The translations under genes were made by a program, and so were the position numbers. Under the pieces are notes generated by a model. The model worked only from the letters and a program-made list of their open reading frames with translations. It made no database searches and had not been told where the DNA came from. From Nageia nagi (Eukaryota; Plantae; Pinophyta): DNA of 64,000 bases. The stretch spans positions 67,146,001 to 67,210,000 of the forward strand of contig JBITNC010000001.1 in the NCBI GenBank assembly GCA_050084985.1, written 5' to 3'. Within the stretch, counting starts at the first letter, position 1, and each line of letters opens with the position of its first letter. Of the stretch, positions 1-14,400 are shown in pieces.

Positions 1-423
1 ACACCACATTAACCAAAAAAGATGACTTTTTGCATTTTTCATGTTTGCTGAAAATTTAAAAACTTGCCAAATTTGCGCCTATTAATAGGAGGAGGAGGTT
101 TGGACAAATTTGCATGCTCTTAGAGGCAAAGTTGAAGGATTATGCATGCTCCTTCACATTTGGATTCTAAAACTTGGTATTTTTGAAGAAATATCCATAT
201 ATTTAATCTTTTTTGCTTTTCAATCATTTTGGAGGATAAATCCATGGTTTGGAGGAGTTTTTCTAGTCCAAATTGCACACTTGGAAGACCAAAATCATGT
301 AGAATCACAAAACCTAGCTCATAAAGGCCAGAAATTGCAATTTTCGCAAGTTTTGGGCATCAAAAAGCTTGGCATAGGTTTTACAAGGCATACAGAGTTT
401 TTTCGAAGTTTCAAAAGTTAGAT

Positions 424-1515
424 ATCTTGGAAAACCAATGACTAAGATTTAGGGGGGCAATTATTGCTCATTTTCAATAATTTCAAGAGCAAAGTTGCTC
501 AATTTGCCATTTTCCACCCTACCTATCTCTCCAATTTTGATTTTAGAAATTTTGAAAATTTGGTAAATTTTTTAAGCTCTCTCATTGGCTGCCCACTTTT
601 TTCATGATTTTGAAGGAGTAGATAAAATTTTTTTCAAAAAGTTATAACATAAAATTTCTGCAAAATTGGATTTCACATGCTTCTATGATAAAAAATTTCA
701 AAACTTACAAAAAATTTCAAAACTTGGAAAACCAGGACCTATGATTTTAGGGGCAAATTTTGATCATTTTCACTAGTTCCAAGAGCAAAGTTGCTCAATT
801 TAGGATTTCCCATTTTATGTCTTTCTCTAATTTTGATTTTACAAATATTTGAATTTTTGGAAAATTTTCGAGTCCTGTCATTGGCTGTCCAGTTTTTCAT
901 GATTTTAGAGAAGTAGATCTTAGTTTCTTGAAACACGCAAAACATCAATCTTGAGTGGAATTACATATTACAACCCATGAAGCTCAAAAAAATCATTTTT
1001 GACCAATTTTAGGCCTCCATAATGCTAGGCGCAGGTTTGACAAGTTTTGGAATGTTCAAGCCAAGTTTGAAAAGTTCTAAAACTTGGCAAATCCCCCTAG
1101 CAAATTGGAGGGAAAATATTGAGTTTTTTCAAAATTTCCAAGAGCGAAGTACTTATTTTATCATTTGGCATCACACCTTTCTCTTAGATTTTCTATTTGA
1201 CAACTTTGGAATTTTGGGAAAATTCGAAGCATTCCTATTGGCTGCCCTTAACTCCTCTATTATCATTTTTCTGTTTTTTCCACTTTTGAGGGAGCAAAGT
1301 TTGTCCAAATTACAAACTTGAAAAACCAATTTGATGTACAATTGCATTCTCCATGCTCTCAAGCTCAAAAATTTCGAAGTGTACTCTCCATAATGCTAGA
1401 CACAAGTTTTCCCTAGTTTGGAATATTTAGGAAAAATTCAAAAACATGGCAAATCCACCTTAGGAATGTTTTCCCTATTTTATCATTTGTCATCACACCT
1501 TTCTCTTAGATTTTC
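424..1515 (+). repeat. Degenerate ~300-bp direct repeats (LTR/UTR interior)
   Basis: 424-623 aligns with 721-918 (CTTGGAAAACCA..CAAGAGCAAAGTTGCTCAATTT..CATTGGCTG); TTTTATCATTTG.CATCACACCTTTCTCTTAGATTTTC occurs at ~1156 and ~1478. Confidence 0.7.
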
Positions 1516-2164
1516 ATTCCAACTTCATTCAAAAAAACACATTTTTCTAGGTCTATGCTCAACTCCATACATCTTGGAAGCATCACTTCTATGTATTCAT
1601 CTCGTCCCCTAGGGAGCTCCTCCGACCGGAACTAAAAGATTCGAAGCCAAAATGAGCCTGAAACCGGATTCTTCATCACCTTGTGTCATCAAACTCTCTG
1701 TTATCAAGAATCTACATTGCCTATCCAACACTGGAAGGAAGCATTTGCTTGCTAATTTGATCACTTTGGACAAACACTAGTTTGGTGCCTGGATGCCTTC
1801 AATACTCTAGTGATCCTACGTTGAATAAACTGCTTCATATTATCCATGATAACATTCCTTCAAAATGTTGTAGAACTATCTCTTGGACCATCTCACTTGT
1901 GAGCCTTGTCCATTCTAGTTCGCTATATTTGCAAAACCTAGCTCCCCAAAATGCTGCATCTTGGGGTGTGTTGTCCAGACACAACAACAAATGGGCATGC
2001 CACAAACTGTTATAGGGCTCCAAACATTCACCAAACTATACCAAAAATGCAAACGACTCACTCCACAAGCATATCCACACTAAAATTGCTCAATGTTACA
2101 TAAAGGGAAGCATGATCATGTCAAACGCACATCAATATGAGACAAATAGTGAAGATGCAATGTG

Positions 2165-2980
2165 TCGCGGTTGTATTAATGATAAATGATGAGATTGATA
2201 CAATGTCAAGCCCAAGAAGGCTCAATGTTTGCCTCCAAGAAGTCAACTAGCGCACACTGTTGTGCAAGAATGGATATTGTTGTCCAAACCACTGTAGAAC
2301 AACAACACTCTACCAGATCTGTGCATGCCACATTGAATGGCTCCCTCATAGGACAGCTTCACAAGAATCAAATGTAGTATTTGCAATACCATTGCATGGA
2401 TTCAAAGGTCCAAACTGCTAGGAACGCCTCAAGGTGAGCAACCTCACAACACGAACACGCCCAAGGGTGCTTCACGCCACAAAGACTTGATTCGTAAAAG
2501 GGGGGTTTCACTATCAAATTCAATCTAATTTTGCAATAAAATTCCACTTCCTTATATAACATCATTGCATCTAGATCTCACCTCAAGGTCATCACCCAAC
2601 CTCCAAAATTTAATGTTGGCTTCTTGGAAGCTCCACAAAGTCAAACATAGGTGCTAAGTAGTCAATCCATGCCTACTGTATGTGTCTAGGGCCTTTACAA
2701 GCCCAACGTGGTTCCTCATCCTCAACGAAGGTGCTTGGGAGTTATACATGACACATGGGGTTCTAGAGTGCATGTGTGGGTGTCTTGGTATCACCATGGG
2801 GCAACGTGGGGGTCCAAAAGTCTTCCCAAGGCTGGTGCATATATACAAGTGCTCCAAAATCCAATGTTGGGGCAATTAAGTGACTGTCCATGCTAGAGTG
2901 CTATCTAGGAGCTATACAGGTCTTGGGATTCCCACAATTACTATTTAGGATCTCCAAGTGCATAGTTAAATAATATTAAC
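2165..2980 (+). repeat. Dispersed repeat (probable LTR portion), homologous to 28230-29010
   Basis: Shared blocks GATCTCACCTCAA(G/A)GTCATCACCCAACC, TAGAGTGCATGT.TGGGTGTCT and ATCTCCAAGT.CATAG..AATAATATT. The second copy runs on to GGGTGTTACA at ~29192. Confidence 0.75.
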
Positions 2981-4689
2981 TTTAGCGAGGATTTAGCCAA
3001 AACCAGTTCTTACCACTTGGTCCATTGGCTTTTAAAAGTCACATTTGTAAATTTGTTTTCAAATGTACCCCATATGAGCATTGAAGGGATCATGTCTTTT
3101 GATCAAGGAGCACCTTGGAGGCCCACACCTAACCGCATGATAGAAGTTTAACCTTTCTTTTTTTTGTTATCCACCATTTTTGATGACATATCACTTCCCT
3201 CCACTCATCCTAGTCGTATCTTAAAAAGTCAATATTTCCCACCATCCCATGTTCACGCTTGGTCGCACCACTTTTCCAACATACAAAACTAACATCCAAA
3301 TTGGGAGTAGCCAAGACATTTATGCTTCACTCAAGTCTTCATGCTAGATTGGATCCCATAAGGTGCCAAAGGGGAATAAATACATTTGCATTGCATTAAT
3401 TGATTGAGGCACATGTCTTACGTTGTTGCATGATTCAAGACAAGCCAACCAGCTTTTTTCATAACCACTACATCTCGAATTATCAACGTTAATGTGTAAC
3501 CCTTGCAACCAAAAACACAAGGCATATAGGCTTGCCAAGCATCATTAATCTCGCCGCTTGCATCACCCCTAATTCGGTCCACCAATCAATCAGGTCATCC
3601 ACACTAACTTTCTTTGATTTTGCAGGTCCAAGATGCCAAAGATCAATTCCAGACACATGAAGACTAGAGAGCTCCTATTGTCCAGGTGAACAAACCCTAA
3701 CCAGATATAATTTCCAAAAGAAAACCATAAGGACCCCTTGAAAGAGGCCAAATTCATAAACAAACCTTCCAACATCCGAGATATTTATTGGTCTCATATT
3801 TATTGGTCTAGCTACTACCACCTTGTTCCCTTTTGTGACATCGTTCCCAAAAATATGTTGTGAGGTTGGGAGGTGTTGGGGGCTTTTTCTTTCCTAGCCT
3901 TGCTAATTGGAAAATTGGATCACAAGGCTTGTAGAAAGACTGCAACACCTGAGTTGTACGGTGTGATCCTTACCCACTATCAGGACTTTTACCTCAAAAG
4001 TTTGAAAGTGAAGGATGCAAGGGTTCACTCACGTGATAAGGTGAGGATGTTTGAAGTTGTTACCATCTCAAATGAAATTTGTTAATCAACAACTAGAAGG
4101 GTCATTAATCTAGAGATAGTTGTTTCTCAAAAAAAAAAAGGGGGCCATAAGGTTTTGTTGCGAAAGCCATGCAAAAAAAATAGGAAATAGAGAAAAACAG
4201 TCGTGAAAATAAAATGATATAAGAATTAGGTTCTAGGGCTTAATTTTCACCGACTAATACGACCTTCTGAGACTGAACTTGTGCGAGTTTGGTATAGGTT
4301 CCATGCACCCCAATTCCAACTCGAGAGGCGACAACACGAACGTCCTGACAAGAGGAGCTTCGCACTAAGGCAATGAAAGACAAAGTAAGGCATGGATATA
4401 ACTTATTCATGGGGTGAAGTTTCTATGTTAAACGACATACACAAGTCATTTCATAACATATTAATCCCAAGTGCAAACTATGAACGTCACAATCAAACAC
4501 ATCTTGAAATACTTCAAAAGATATTCAATCACTCTTTTATCCACCAACAAGGTTTATAAAATCTCTCAAATGCTCAAGATAGCATTAAAATGTAACACTC
4601 ACTCACATTCATAGTTTCAAATGAAAACAAGCTCACTTCAATTCCTTGAAATTATATCACAATAATTTAAATAGAAAACTTGCAAAGAT

Positions 4690-5055
4690 TGAGAGTGTTA
4701 TGTAAGTAGTCCAATTTGCAAAAAATGTTTTATCCCATCCATCGTTTTTCATTGTGAAACTGTTCCACCTTCTCTCTAGTTTCCATTTGGGGTAGAATTT
4801 CCAAATGGAGTAAGTCCCTCTTTCTATTCAATCCATCACACCTTGAGTTGTAGCTCTATACTTGCCATGAAGCAACATGTAGACCAAGTATGAAATGACA
4901 TAGAATTTGCGAGTGGTACCTATCGATGACAACTGATCACCTATGATGTCACTCACCACCGTGCTCAACCTGATTCTTCTGCCCCTAGCAATCTCAAGAA
5001 TGAACCAAAAGAACTCCTTCTTGAACTTTGAGGCATCTTCTTTCTTAACAACTCT
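4690..5055 (-). pseudogene. Accessory ORF fragment (another subfamily)
   Basis: SKFKKEFFWFILEIARGRRIRLSTVVSDIIGDQL..RKFYVISYLVYMLLHGK..WKFYPKW aligns with copy B (SKYKKEFTRFIIMMSSGTAIRWSKVINDTLRHQL). Confidence 0.75.
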
Positions 5056-5649
5056 GGAGTTCTTTTGGTTCATTCTTGAGATTTTGGACGGACGTTTTGT
5101 AACCATGCGCCAACCCTGGGAGTGAGTACGCTCCAACATTGGGTCTCTTGCCTATATGCTTGCTTGCCTTGGTCACCCAACTCACCTAGTAACCTGATTT
5201 TTGTTCTTCCAATCGACTAGACTTATCAATTCTGATGTTTCATTTAAACCTGGGCAACATGTGGGCATCTTTTTGAACCATGCACTAGCCTTGTTGTTCC
5301 TTTGCCTTAGATTTTTCATGCTTCCTTTTTCTCCAATTTGGTCCTTGTGTCGGGCGCATCGCCAAGAAAGACAAGATTTTGCCTCGTTGAGGCATGCACT
5401 GGGCTTGCATGTGCCCAGACTTTGTCTTTAAGCCTTCCTTCCTGTATGGATGATACCTAGGCCCAAATGCATGGTTTAAAAAGACAAGATTTTGTCTTTT
5501 TGAAGCATACACTAGCCCTTGGAGACACCCAATTTACCTTGATCGAGCTCCGACTCTTCCTAGACTCCCTAATTCACCTAAGATCAACTTTTACCCTTCC
5601 CAAACTTAGCTATTTTTAGAGATTTTGCAATTCCTAAGTTGACATGACT

Positions 5650-8600
5650 AACCCTAGATGAAGGAAGAGGGTAAAACTATAAGGACTTGTCCATGAATCC
5701 AGATCTTTGTGAGGCAACTTGGGTGGAACTGATGATGACAAAACGAAGTATATACATTGGTGTGTTGAGGGTCCCCAAAATTGCAAGATTTTGGGGCATG
5801 TTATGTTTCAAAAGAAGTATGCTAACTTCAAGGATCGTGCCCTCTATGATGTTAATAGTGTAAAGATCCTCGATTTTTCTCCCAAAGGTATTGAGGAAGC
5901 CTTCAAGTGGAGCAATGAAAGGGTCATCTACACTGAGAAACATTACTTCGATTACTATTAGAAATCCCATCAGGCCAGGAATCTCATCAGAGACTAGGTC
6001 GAGAAGGAAAGCAAAGAATTCACCAGGAAAAAGTTAATTAATGCGAAGAGGTAGCTTTTTTATCCCACTGTTTTCAACATTAACAGCATGTAGTCTAGGC
6101 TCACTGGCAAAGAGGATGACCTTAAATACGGAAAACAGTTCACCGATCTTATTGTTGTGACTGGGAATAAGCAGAGAATCAAATGGAGTGTGGTAATCAG
6201 TAACTCCCTTCTCCAGTAGCTGGTACATATTGGCTAATCTAAAAGATTCTACATGAATTCCTATCTAGACTATCTCCTCCTCCATAGCAGAAACAGGAAG
6301 TTGGCACATGCAAACATGGACATACCAAATAATCCCACAAAGCCAATATGAAGAGCTTATCCCAATGGAGAAAATCACAATGGGAGAATTACGCCATGAG
6401 AAACATACCATATCAACAAAGAAATCAAAGGCAACCAATTGGGAACTCTTACCAGATTTCTTTCTAGAAGACCCTATGCATACATACATTCTAGTCTATA
6501 ATTCTAATTTAAGACCTTACCTCTTGCCCCGTTATGCCAACAATCGGTTGACCCTATGGAGTTCTACAGACAATTGTTGTTTTTTATAAGAAAATGTATG
6601 GAAGAAGGATGCCACCATAAATATCCCCATCTGCATTCAGGAATACACATGTTCTACTTCGCAAGAAGCTAAGGAGATGAAGAATGAGCTATCTTACAAC
6701 CACTTTAACAAAGAGAAAGCAACCGCTCACTATGATCTAGAAGGAAGAATCCAAGCCTTCTATCAACGTGCCATCAGTAACACGGTTGCCTATGATCATC
6801 AACCTCTAGGCGACAGGGAGAGGTATCAAAGTACAAGGGAAGAAAAATAGAAACAGGAAGTGCACCAAGTACTGGCGGTTGAGGGCGAATTGACCGAAGA
6901 ATACAAAGTCTAAATGTCCCCTAAGTGATTGCTAATGAAAAATCCATCTCCCCCTCAAGGGTAAGAACACACCAAGGACGAATACGAGAACATGCTGCTT
7001 AACGTAGCTCAAAGCCAGATATCCATTCTATAGTACAAGAGATTACTAGAGACATCCATATCATGGCAGAAATTGGGTATCATAACTTTCCATTTCTACT
7101 GCTTGATGATGCTACCCAAACGACGTCCCCATGGTGCCTATAGTACCTTTCAAGGCGAACAATCCCTTGCCATCCCAAATCTCTTAACACCTACGGAAGA
7201 TCGGGTCGAAATTGAAATCCCAAAGCAATTTGAAACAAACACCTAGATGGATGAACACGATTTTCCTAATACTCCCATCATGAACCAACTAGGAGAGCCT
7301 AGCTCGCCTCACCACTCCTCTCCTAGTTCTTCCTCAAATTCTAAGACATTCACAGAATCTTCTAGCTCATCCAAGTCCAGTTCATTTGAAAAAAGAGAAG
7401 AATGTATTGAAAGGGAGCATGAGGATGACAAAGACTCGTAGAATGACTTTGAAGAAAGCCATACTGTAGATGTAGATGGGGAATCTAAGAATGCCAATTA
7501 AACTACACCATCGGAGTTAGCGTGCGTAAAAAAAGTCGCTTCCTCTGAATCCACCACTCCACAAGGAAAGAGGAGGTTGTCACCCAAAAGGAGACCCATA
7601 ATACCCCCAACAAGCCTTAAAATTTGAGCAAAACCCCTACGATAGGGGTGATGGGGGAGATGAGCAAAACAAAGGTGAATATGATGAACAAAGAAAAAAG
7701 AGGAAAAAGTTGGAGCACGGCAACTAAAAACAATTAACTATTCAACACAAGCCAGTCAAAGTCTATAACAAACCATTTAGAATTGAGGAGATCCTAAGAG
7801 AGCTCGCCCCAACAAACAAATATAGCACTCTGGCTAATATCGCGTCAAGTATTGCTCCCCAGAAGCAGTATGATTTTGATATTGACGCAGTCATCAGGGA
7901 TCTACAGATGAGCTACTCGAGTAATGACGATAATTCTAGCCAGAGAATGGAGAATGCTTCTGGAGACTCCCCAATTTCAAAGCCCAAGACTTTTGTCTCC
8001 ATTAAAAAGGAAATAGTGATCAATAATAGATGTTATTCAAAGCAGAAGCATCCACAAGACTTGCAAGATGTACGAGTCCACACCAAGGAGTTCAAAGTTA
8101 AGAAGATTGGGTGGATCAGACGCAAGCATGCCATTAATTATAATGTCGACGAAATGGTCAACAAAGGCATTGAAAAGGAGCAAAAGATCAAGGAGCTAAA
8201 CAAGAAGCTTACAGATAAGAATAAATTGGTGAAATAAATTAAAGCTACCAAGATGTGTATCGAGGATGTCAAGTTACAAGCCTCCCTGAACATAGGTCTA
8301 ATAGCAACAAAGGAAGCCCTGGTAAATGAACTAATGAGAGTTGTCAATTAGCTTTCACTCCAAATGGTTGCTCTCATGGATGAGCAAAAGGTGGAGGAGA
8401 ACACAACCGCAACAATTTTCCATTTGTTGGAGACACTACAGAATCATGAACAAACCATGCAAACCTTGAGAAGGATGTCTACAAGGCAAGCAAATTGAAT
8501 AGAATACTATCAGGATTTTGACCACCATGTGCGCTGGTTGAGATATGCAACAAGGGAACGTGCCAATTTGACAAAGACAAGAATTGACTTGTTTGTTAAG

Positions 8601-8990
8601 ACCTTTTGTATATGTCAGTTACTCCAACCAATCAGGTTTGTTAACGAAGATGGTAACGCAAGCAAAGTTCAGCTTGTAACCCATGAAGTCCAGAATACTA
8701 TATAGAAGCTTCTTTTCACCAAGGACATAAACTTGGTGAAAGCGAGAAAGCACATTGAAAATAAATAGCATTTGGCCATTTAGAAGTTCCAAATGGAATG
8801 CACCTCTTGCTATATCTTAGATTACCAAAATAGGAAGGATGAAGATCTACTAGGTGCAATCACAGTGGGACTCGCCAACGTGAAAGTTTTCTTGGAGGAC
8901 AAGTCTCACAGGATTTCCGAGGAAGTCTTCATTAGTTGCTAGGACGTTTTCACATGATTTTATTCCACTAACACTATGACGGATAAGTTT
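5650..8990 (+). pseudogene. Accessory ORF, copy A (more divergent subfamily)
   Basis: ILDFSPKGIEEAFKW, RFYMNSYLDYLL, TYILVYNSNLRPYLLPRYANNRL, HYDLEG, a Ser-rich tract and DFDIDAVIRDL appear in the same order as in B and C. Confidence 0.72.
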
Positions 8991-9691
8991 TTGATCCCAC
9001 AATTGTAAGCAGACTTGATATGACATTATTGTGTTGTTTGAGTGGTATTTTGCAGCAGCAATTTTTATTTTGTTGATGGTTTTGTTTTCAGTAGTATTAG
9101 GTTTTTTATTGTTGGTTTAGGGCAACAAAGCAATTTATGCTAGAGCAATGATTCATTCAATGAAGTTGTCAGACTTTATGCTATAAGTACCCTAGTCGGG
9201 TCATTTTCAAACGAGGAGTTGCTTTGTTTTTAGAACGAATTTCTTTTGAGGAGAGCTTTAATGAGAAATATTTGGGAAGAATTTGAGTTGAGGTTTCCAA
9301 TTATATCCATGGTTTCATAATTTTGGGAAGCTTTGATATTCATGCAAGTGATGTTCTTTCATTTCATGGGATTGTGGATGCATCGATAACATGTTTGGTA
9401 TGTTGTACTATGTATATATTTACGAGTATTTTCTTTGATTCACCAAAATTCCGAGAATCAAGAACTGGAATGTCCATGTATTGCTGCACTCTAGGCTCGA
9501 AAGCTACTTCGATATGCATGTTCAGGAGCATCGCAATTACCTTGACTTCAGATTTGTCCAGTTGAGTTAACTTCTTGGAACTGTGCGTGAGGGGAAGTTC
9601 CAATTGTTGGCAAATCTTGTGTCATATAACATTTCCAACCACGCTAGAGTCACTATACAATTATGCATGTTCTTGCCCATAATTCGCAATG

Positions 9692-9960
9692 TTAAAAGGA
9701 ATGGTGGTGACTCCTCCTCTTTTTCTTGTGTAAGGAAAAAGCCTTTGACTTGGTTGGTTTGGATACTTTAGTGGCCCTAGGCACCCATTTATATTTAGCT
9801 TGAGAGACGAACTTGCTCAACTCCTTGGTTGGCTCATACTGTGTATCAATCTGGAGAACATCATACACGAAGGCTCCACACTTGGTCTTTTTTAATTCTT
9901 CCATGAGGTCGTAAGACGAAGCATGGGAGCCTTCTTGAATCACTTTCTTCTTTAGACTAT
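9692..9960 (-). pseudogene. Possible Tat/Ogre-type gag-linker remnant
   Basis: YDLMEELKKTKCGAFVYDVLQ resembles the YDxxEQLKKTPAxISxxDLL motif of non-chromoviral gypsy polyproteins. Confidence 0.4.
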
Positions 9961-10239
9961 TCTCGTGATGACGGCTCTGCTACTGCAGGTACCTATGTTG
10001 ATGGAACAGTAGAAGAAGAAGATGCCTCCCCTCAGCGGACATAGACATGCTTGAATTGCGGTGCCGAGTTAAAAGGAGGTGGAGGATTCACTAGGGAAGT
10101 GGAATCCGAAGGAGCGAACAAATTATTCCGAGGGGTCCTTGTGGTCATCGGAGATTTTTCTTTTGAACAAATTGGTATGCCAGCTTTCAAATGCCCTGGC
10201 CCAAGGGCATTTACTTGACTAAGTATAACATTTTGTAAA

Positions 10240-11130
10240 GGGCCTCGGCACATGTTTTCTGGGACATGCTTTTTCACTCTTCTAAAAGGGTGCACCAAAA
10301 ATTCTGGAACATTTTGAAGTTAAGAATTTTGAGATGCCTGCATTGTTAGGTGCAAGGATTTTGGGACATGCTTTTGCACACCTCCAAAAGGGTGTGACCA
10401 AGTCCTTTTAATGCACTAAAGTTCGCTCGCACATTTATTCGGGGACATCCTTTTGCACATACCCTAAAACATGCATCCACCATGCTAGCTCTGTTAGTTG
10501 ACCTCATTTTGAACCAACCAAGAGGTGACACATGGGGATAGCTGAAGGTTATGTATATATGAAGTCACCCCTTGTATCATTTTATCACCTCATTTCATTT
10601 TGGGCTAAGTCTCCTCGTTGCACCATTTCTGGGACATGCTTAAGGCATCATCTAAATTGGTGCACCCATGAGAAATAAGGGATTGAGGAGCCATATGAAC
10701 TGCCAGTAGCCATTTCTAAGGGAGTGAGCTCGATCTCAAGGTCCATTTTCTGTAATTCACTTCACATTTTTCTATGCTATAGGTTTGCCCTAATTTGACC
10801 AAAATGCATGTTTTCTCACTAGTGCTTCAAGGATTCATCTGAAATAGTGTGCCCAGGTCCAAATCCAGGAATTTGGCTAAGTATACATTATTATCAAGTA
10901 CATTTCACTCTTCTTTCATTTGTGCATGAAAATCTGAGGTGCATGCTTTGCGAGACATGAAAAAGCACATGCCTAAATTCGTGCACCCTAGCATGAAGTG
11001 ATGATCTGGCCCTTTAAGTGCAAAATTGTTGCCCTAAATTTGACTAAGTTATGTGTTTGCCCATCAGCAAACCAATAAAATGCTTTTCAGGCAGTCAAAA
11101 AGCATGTACCCAAATCCATGCACCTTGAGC
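10240..11130. repeat. Array of ~7 of the same palindromic repeats (opposite orientation), upstream of ORF copy B
   Basis: For example 10347 TAGGTGCAAGGATTTTGGGACATGC-TTTT-GCACACCTCCAAAAGGGTGTGACC; others near 10244, 10424, 10614, 10820, 10936 and 11080. Confidence 0.78.
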
Positions 11131-11420
11131 AATGTGAGCTGAAAATGTCGAAGTATGGAAGAAGCCATGAGTTGAAAGGCTGAAAAGAGAGGTGGCATAC
11201 ATGCAACGTGCCATACATAACCCTCCATGCAACTTTTATAAGAGGGTAGTCCCAGTTAATTTCTGTAGGTCATTTTTGCAACCTAGACTTGTACGTTTGG
11301 CTATTTGTTTTCTTGCATCTTTCGACACATATCCAATTTGGTGCTTGACAATTTTTGGGGCATTTTTTTACCATAATTCCAGCTTTTTCTATAGTTTTCT
11401 ACATATTTTTAACATTTTAA

Positions 11421-14400
11421 ATGACTTCTAAGGTGAGGCCTTCCCCACATCCAAGACCAGAAAGATTCAAGCGCAGCTATTTGAAAGACATGTCACAGAT
11501 GACCAGATGGAGAGAATTATAAGGGAAATTCAGATAGAGTTCAAAGAGAAAGAAAAACCATAACTCTTTGAAGCCAAATTAAAGGGGAGATTCATCTTCG
11601 TTAGTGATACAGATTGGGGAAATCTTGACCCCATCTAGACTATAGCATACACTGCCTCCATCAACAAGGAGGTTCTATCGGATGAAATCATCCATTCTTG
11701 TAGGCTATTCAATGTCACTATGATACTTTTTGTTGTTTCATTTCCTGATTTGTGTTATGAGGTTTCCAAATGCTGTAAGTATGACAAAAGAGTTCTCTTG
11801 GACACCAAAAGAAAAGTGATAATGGATTTCTCTCCGAAAGGGATCGAGGTCATCTTTAACAAGAAAATATATGGAGATGATTATACACTGTCCCGTTCAA
11901 CAGAATTCCATGATTCTACTGCCCGGCCTGCATATTATATCAGAAGATGGTTGTGTGATGTCTACCAAGGTATCCAAGGCCAGAGATTGATTAGTACTCG
12001 TAGGGAGGAGTTCCTTCCCACGGTCACTAAGTTGATCACTTTGTTGTCCAAATTTACAGGTCAGAAAAATGAATCCAAGTATAAGAAAGAGTTCACTAGA
12101 TTCATTATCATGATGAGCTCAGGAACAGCTATTCGATGGAGCAAGGTAATCAATGATACCTTACGGCACCAGCTGGCCTGTTTTCGCTCTTCTAGGAGAT
12201 TCTACATGAATTCTCCTCCTGTGTACTTGTTGTTGCATGGCAAGTTCAAGTCAAAGGAGCTTGCAAATGAAAGATATTTAAAAAACAAGGGCATCTTGAT
12301 GTGGATAATTTATCCAAAGTGATGGTACCATAACAAATTCAAGCATTTCTATTAGATAAACAATAGGTGAGAGTATGCCATTTATAAGGAAATCACAGGT
12401 AAGTCAGAAGTCAAGAGGATCTTTGATGTTGTTTCTCAAGTCATCAGTGTACATGCAAACTTCTATCTACAGCATACTTATCATACATACATCAAGCCAA
12501 TTACTATTTTTCAAGGAACGAGTGTGGACAAAGAAGGATGCGACCATCAACTTGCCATTTACATCGCAAGTTAAGTTTGCCAAACTTAGGTAGACGCTAA
12601 AAATATGGAGCTACAAGAGGTCTTATTAAAGGAGACAACAGCTAGAAACTATGATCTTAGAGGTGTTATCGCCTATTTCTAGAACATCACATTCCATAAA
12701 CTTGTTGTCTTCAAGCATAAATCTTTAGGGATTGCGGAGAACTACAGAAATGTGCGAGATGAGAAGAAGATTGAAAAGATAGATGCTTCTTCAAACTATA
12801 AAGGATAGACCTAAAGAGGTACCATAAAGAATCAATACCCCTCCTTCTCAAGCATTGCATCTCCACAAAACAAGACATCCTTGCTTCCCATGGAGCAAAA
12901 ACAAGAGCATCAAGAGAGCATGCCTCGACAAGATCTAGTAAACGCAATGTGGTGGGTAATGTAGCGAAGAAAACCCAACAGGTGGTGGCTGATCTTAGAT
13001 ATGTTGGTTACCATGACATCCCCTTGAGCATATTGGAGGAAGCTTGTGCCAATGATTCCCCTGTTGAAGAAACTCCACCGAGACCAACTCATTGTCTTGG
13101 ATGAGGAGAGAAAGTTCCCCCATTGCAACCAAGTTCTAGTTCTTCTGAACACTCCACTTCCTCTGATGAAGAAAGTGATGATGAACCCAACCGCACTAAA
13201 GAGGGCTCAGAAGAAGAGACAGAGAGCCAAGAAAACAAAGAAGAGAGTCATGGTAAAGAGGAAGAAGAAGAAAATGATGATGACCTGTTCATAGACATTG
13301 AGACTTATGATGACTAGTTCATAGACGTTGAGACTATTGTGAAGTAGTCCATGTTGATGGAGCAAAGTATGCCAAAGAGGTGGGTTCTTAAAAACCCTAT
13401 CCTGCTGAACATAGAAAGAGGTCAGCTTCATCTTCCCAGAAGCCTTCTGTGAAGAGGACCAGCTATAAGAGATCCCATCAACCGTGCAAGAAAGATACTT
13501 CATTAGGTGGCAATGGTGGAGACAAAGAAGATGAAGGAGAGACCAAGGAGAAGAACAAGAGGAGGAATCAGGACGAGCATCAAGGTAAGGAGGTTTCCCT
13601 TTTTCAAGCCACTCCAATAGGAAGTCAAGAAGTTTAGTAAAGGTTCAATGCTGGTGCAGAGGCTCCCTCCCAAGCTAGCTATTGAACATCCAGATGTTGA
13701 CTTAGATGCCTGCCTAAGAGCCTTAAGCATGAATACTGCTCACGATGAAGAAATTGATCAAGACTTGAGGTCTAAGCACAAAGAAGAGGGGCTCTCTAAT
13801 GGTGAGAAAGTCAGAATGGTAGATACTTTCATTTCTACTTAAAGAAAGGAGATATCCATCAGCTATTGTTACTCTAAGGAGAAACATCTGCAAACATTCG
13901 AGGATTGCATGATAGAGACGTTCAAGATGCTTGTTAAGTTAGGTCTGATAGCCAAGAAGCATATTGTTAGTCAGAATGTTGTTGTCATGGAACAAGAAGC
14001 CTATGAAACCAAAAAGGAGGTGAGAAGACTTAAGAAGGAACTCAAGGCTAGCAGGAAAATCATTAAGAAGTTCCAAACTATTAGCACCACCCCGAAAGAA
14101 TTGAAAAAGCAAGTCCTGTTCCATGCATGATGGGAATTGATGAAGGATCAATTGAAAAAAGAGATGATGGAGAGCATTGATAAGTTATCTTCTCGAGTGT
14201 ATAGCCTCCTTGAGGAAGGTGTGGAGATCCAGGAGTTGAAGTTCCAAATAACAACCCTCCTCGAGAAGTTGGATGGTCATCTCCCTACCGTCATCCATCT
14301 GCTGCAGATCTTTGATGATAGACTTGAGAAGTTAGTCAATTGCTATGAATTCATGTATCAGCACGACTAGTTGAAACATGCATTGCAAAAGTGTAATGTT

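Noticed and set aside
110-4085. Numerous 60-110 aa ORFs from the track as genes
   Set aside because: Low-complexity F/K/L/N-rich translations of LTR and repeat DNA without domain motifs; the same applies to most short ORFs at 41-47 kb and 52-56 kb.
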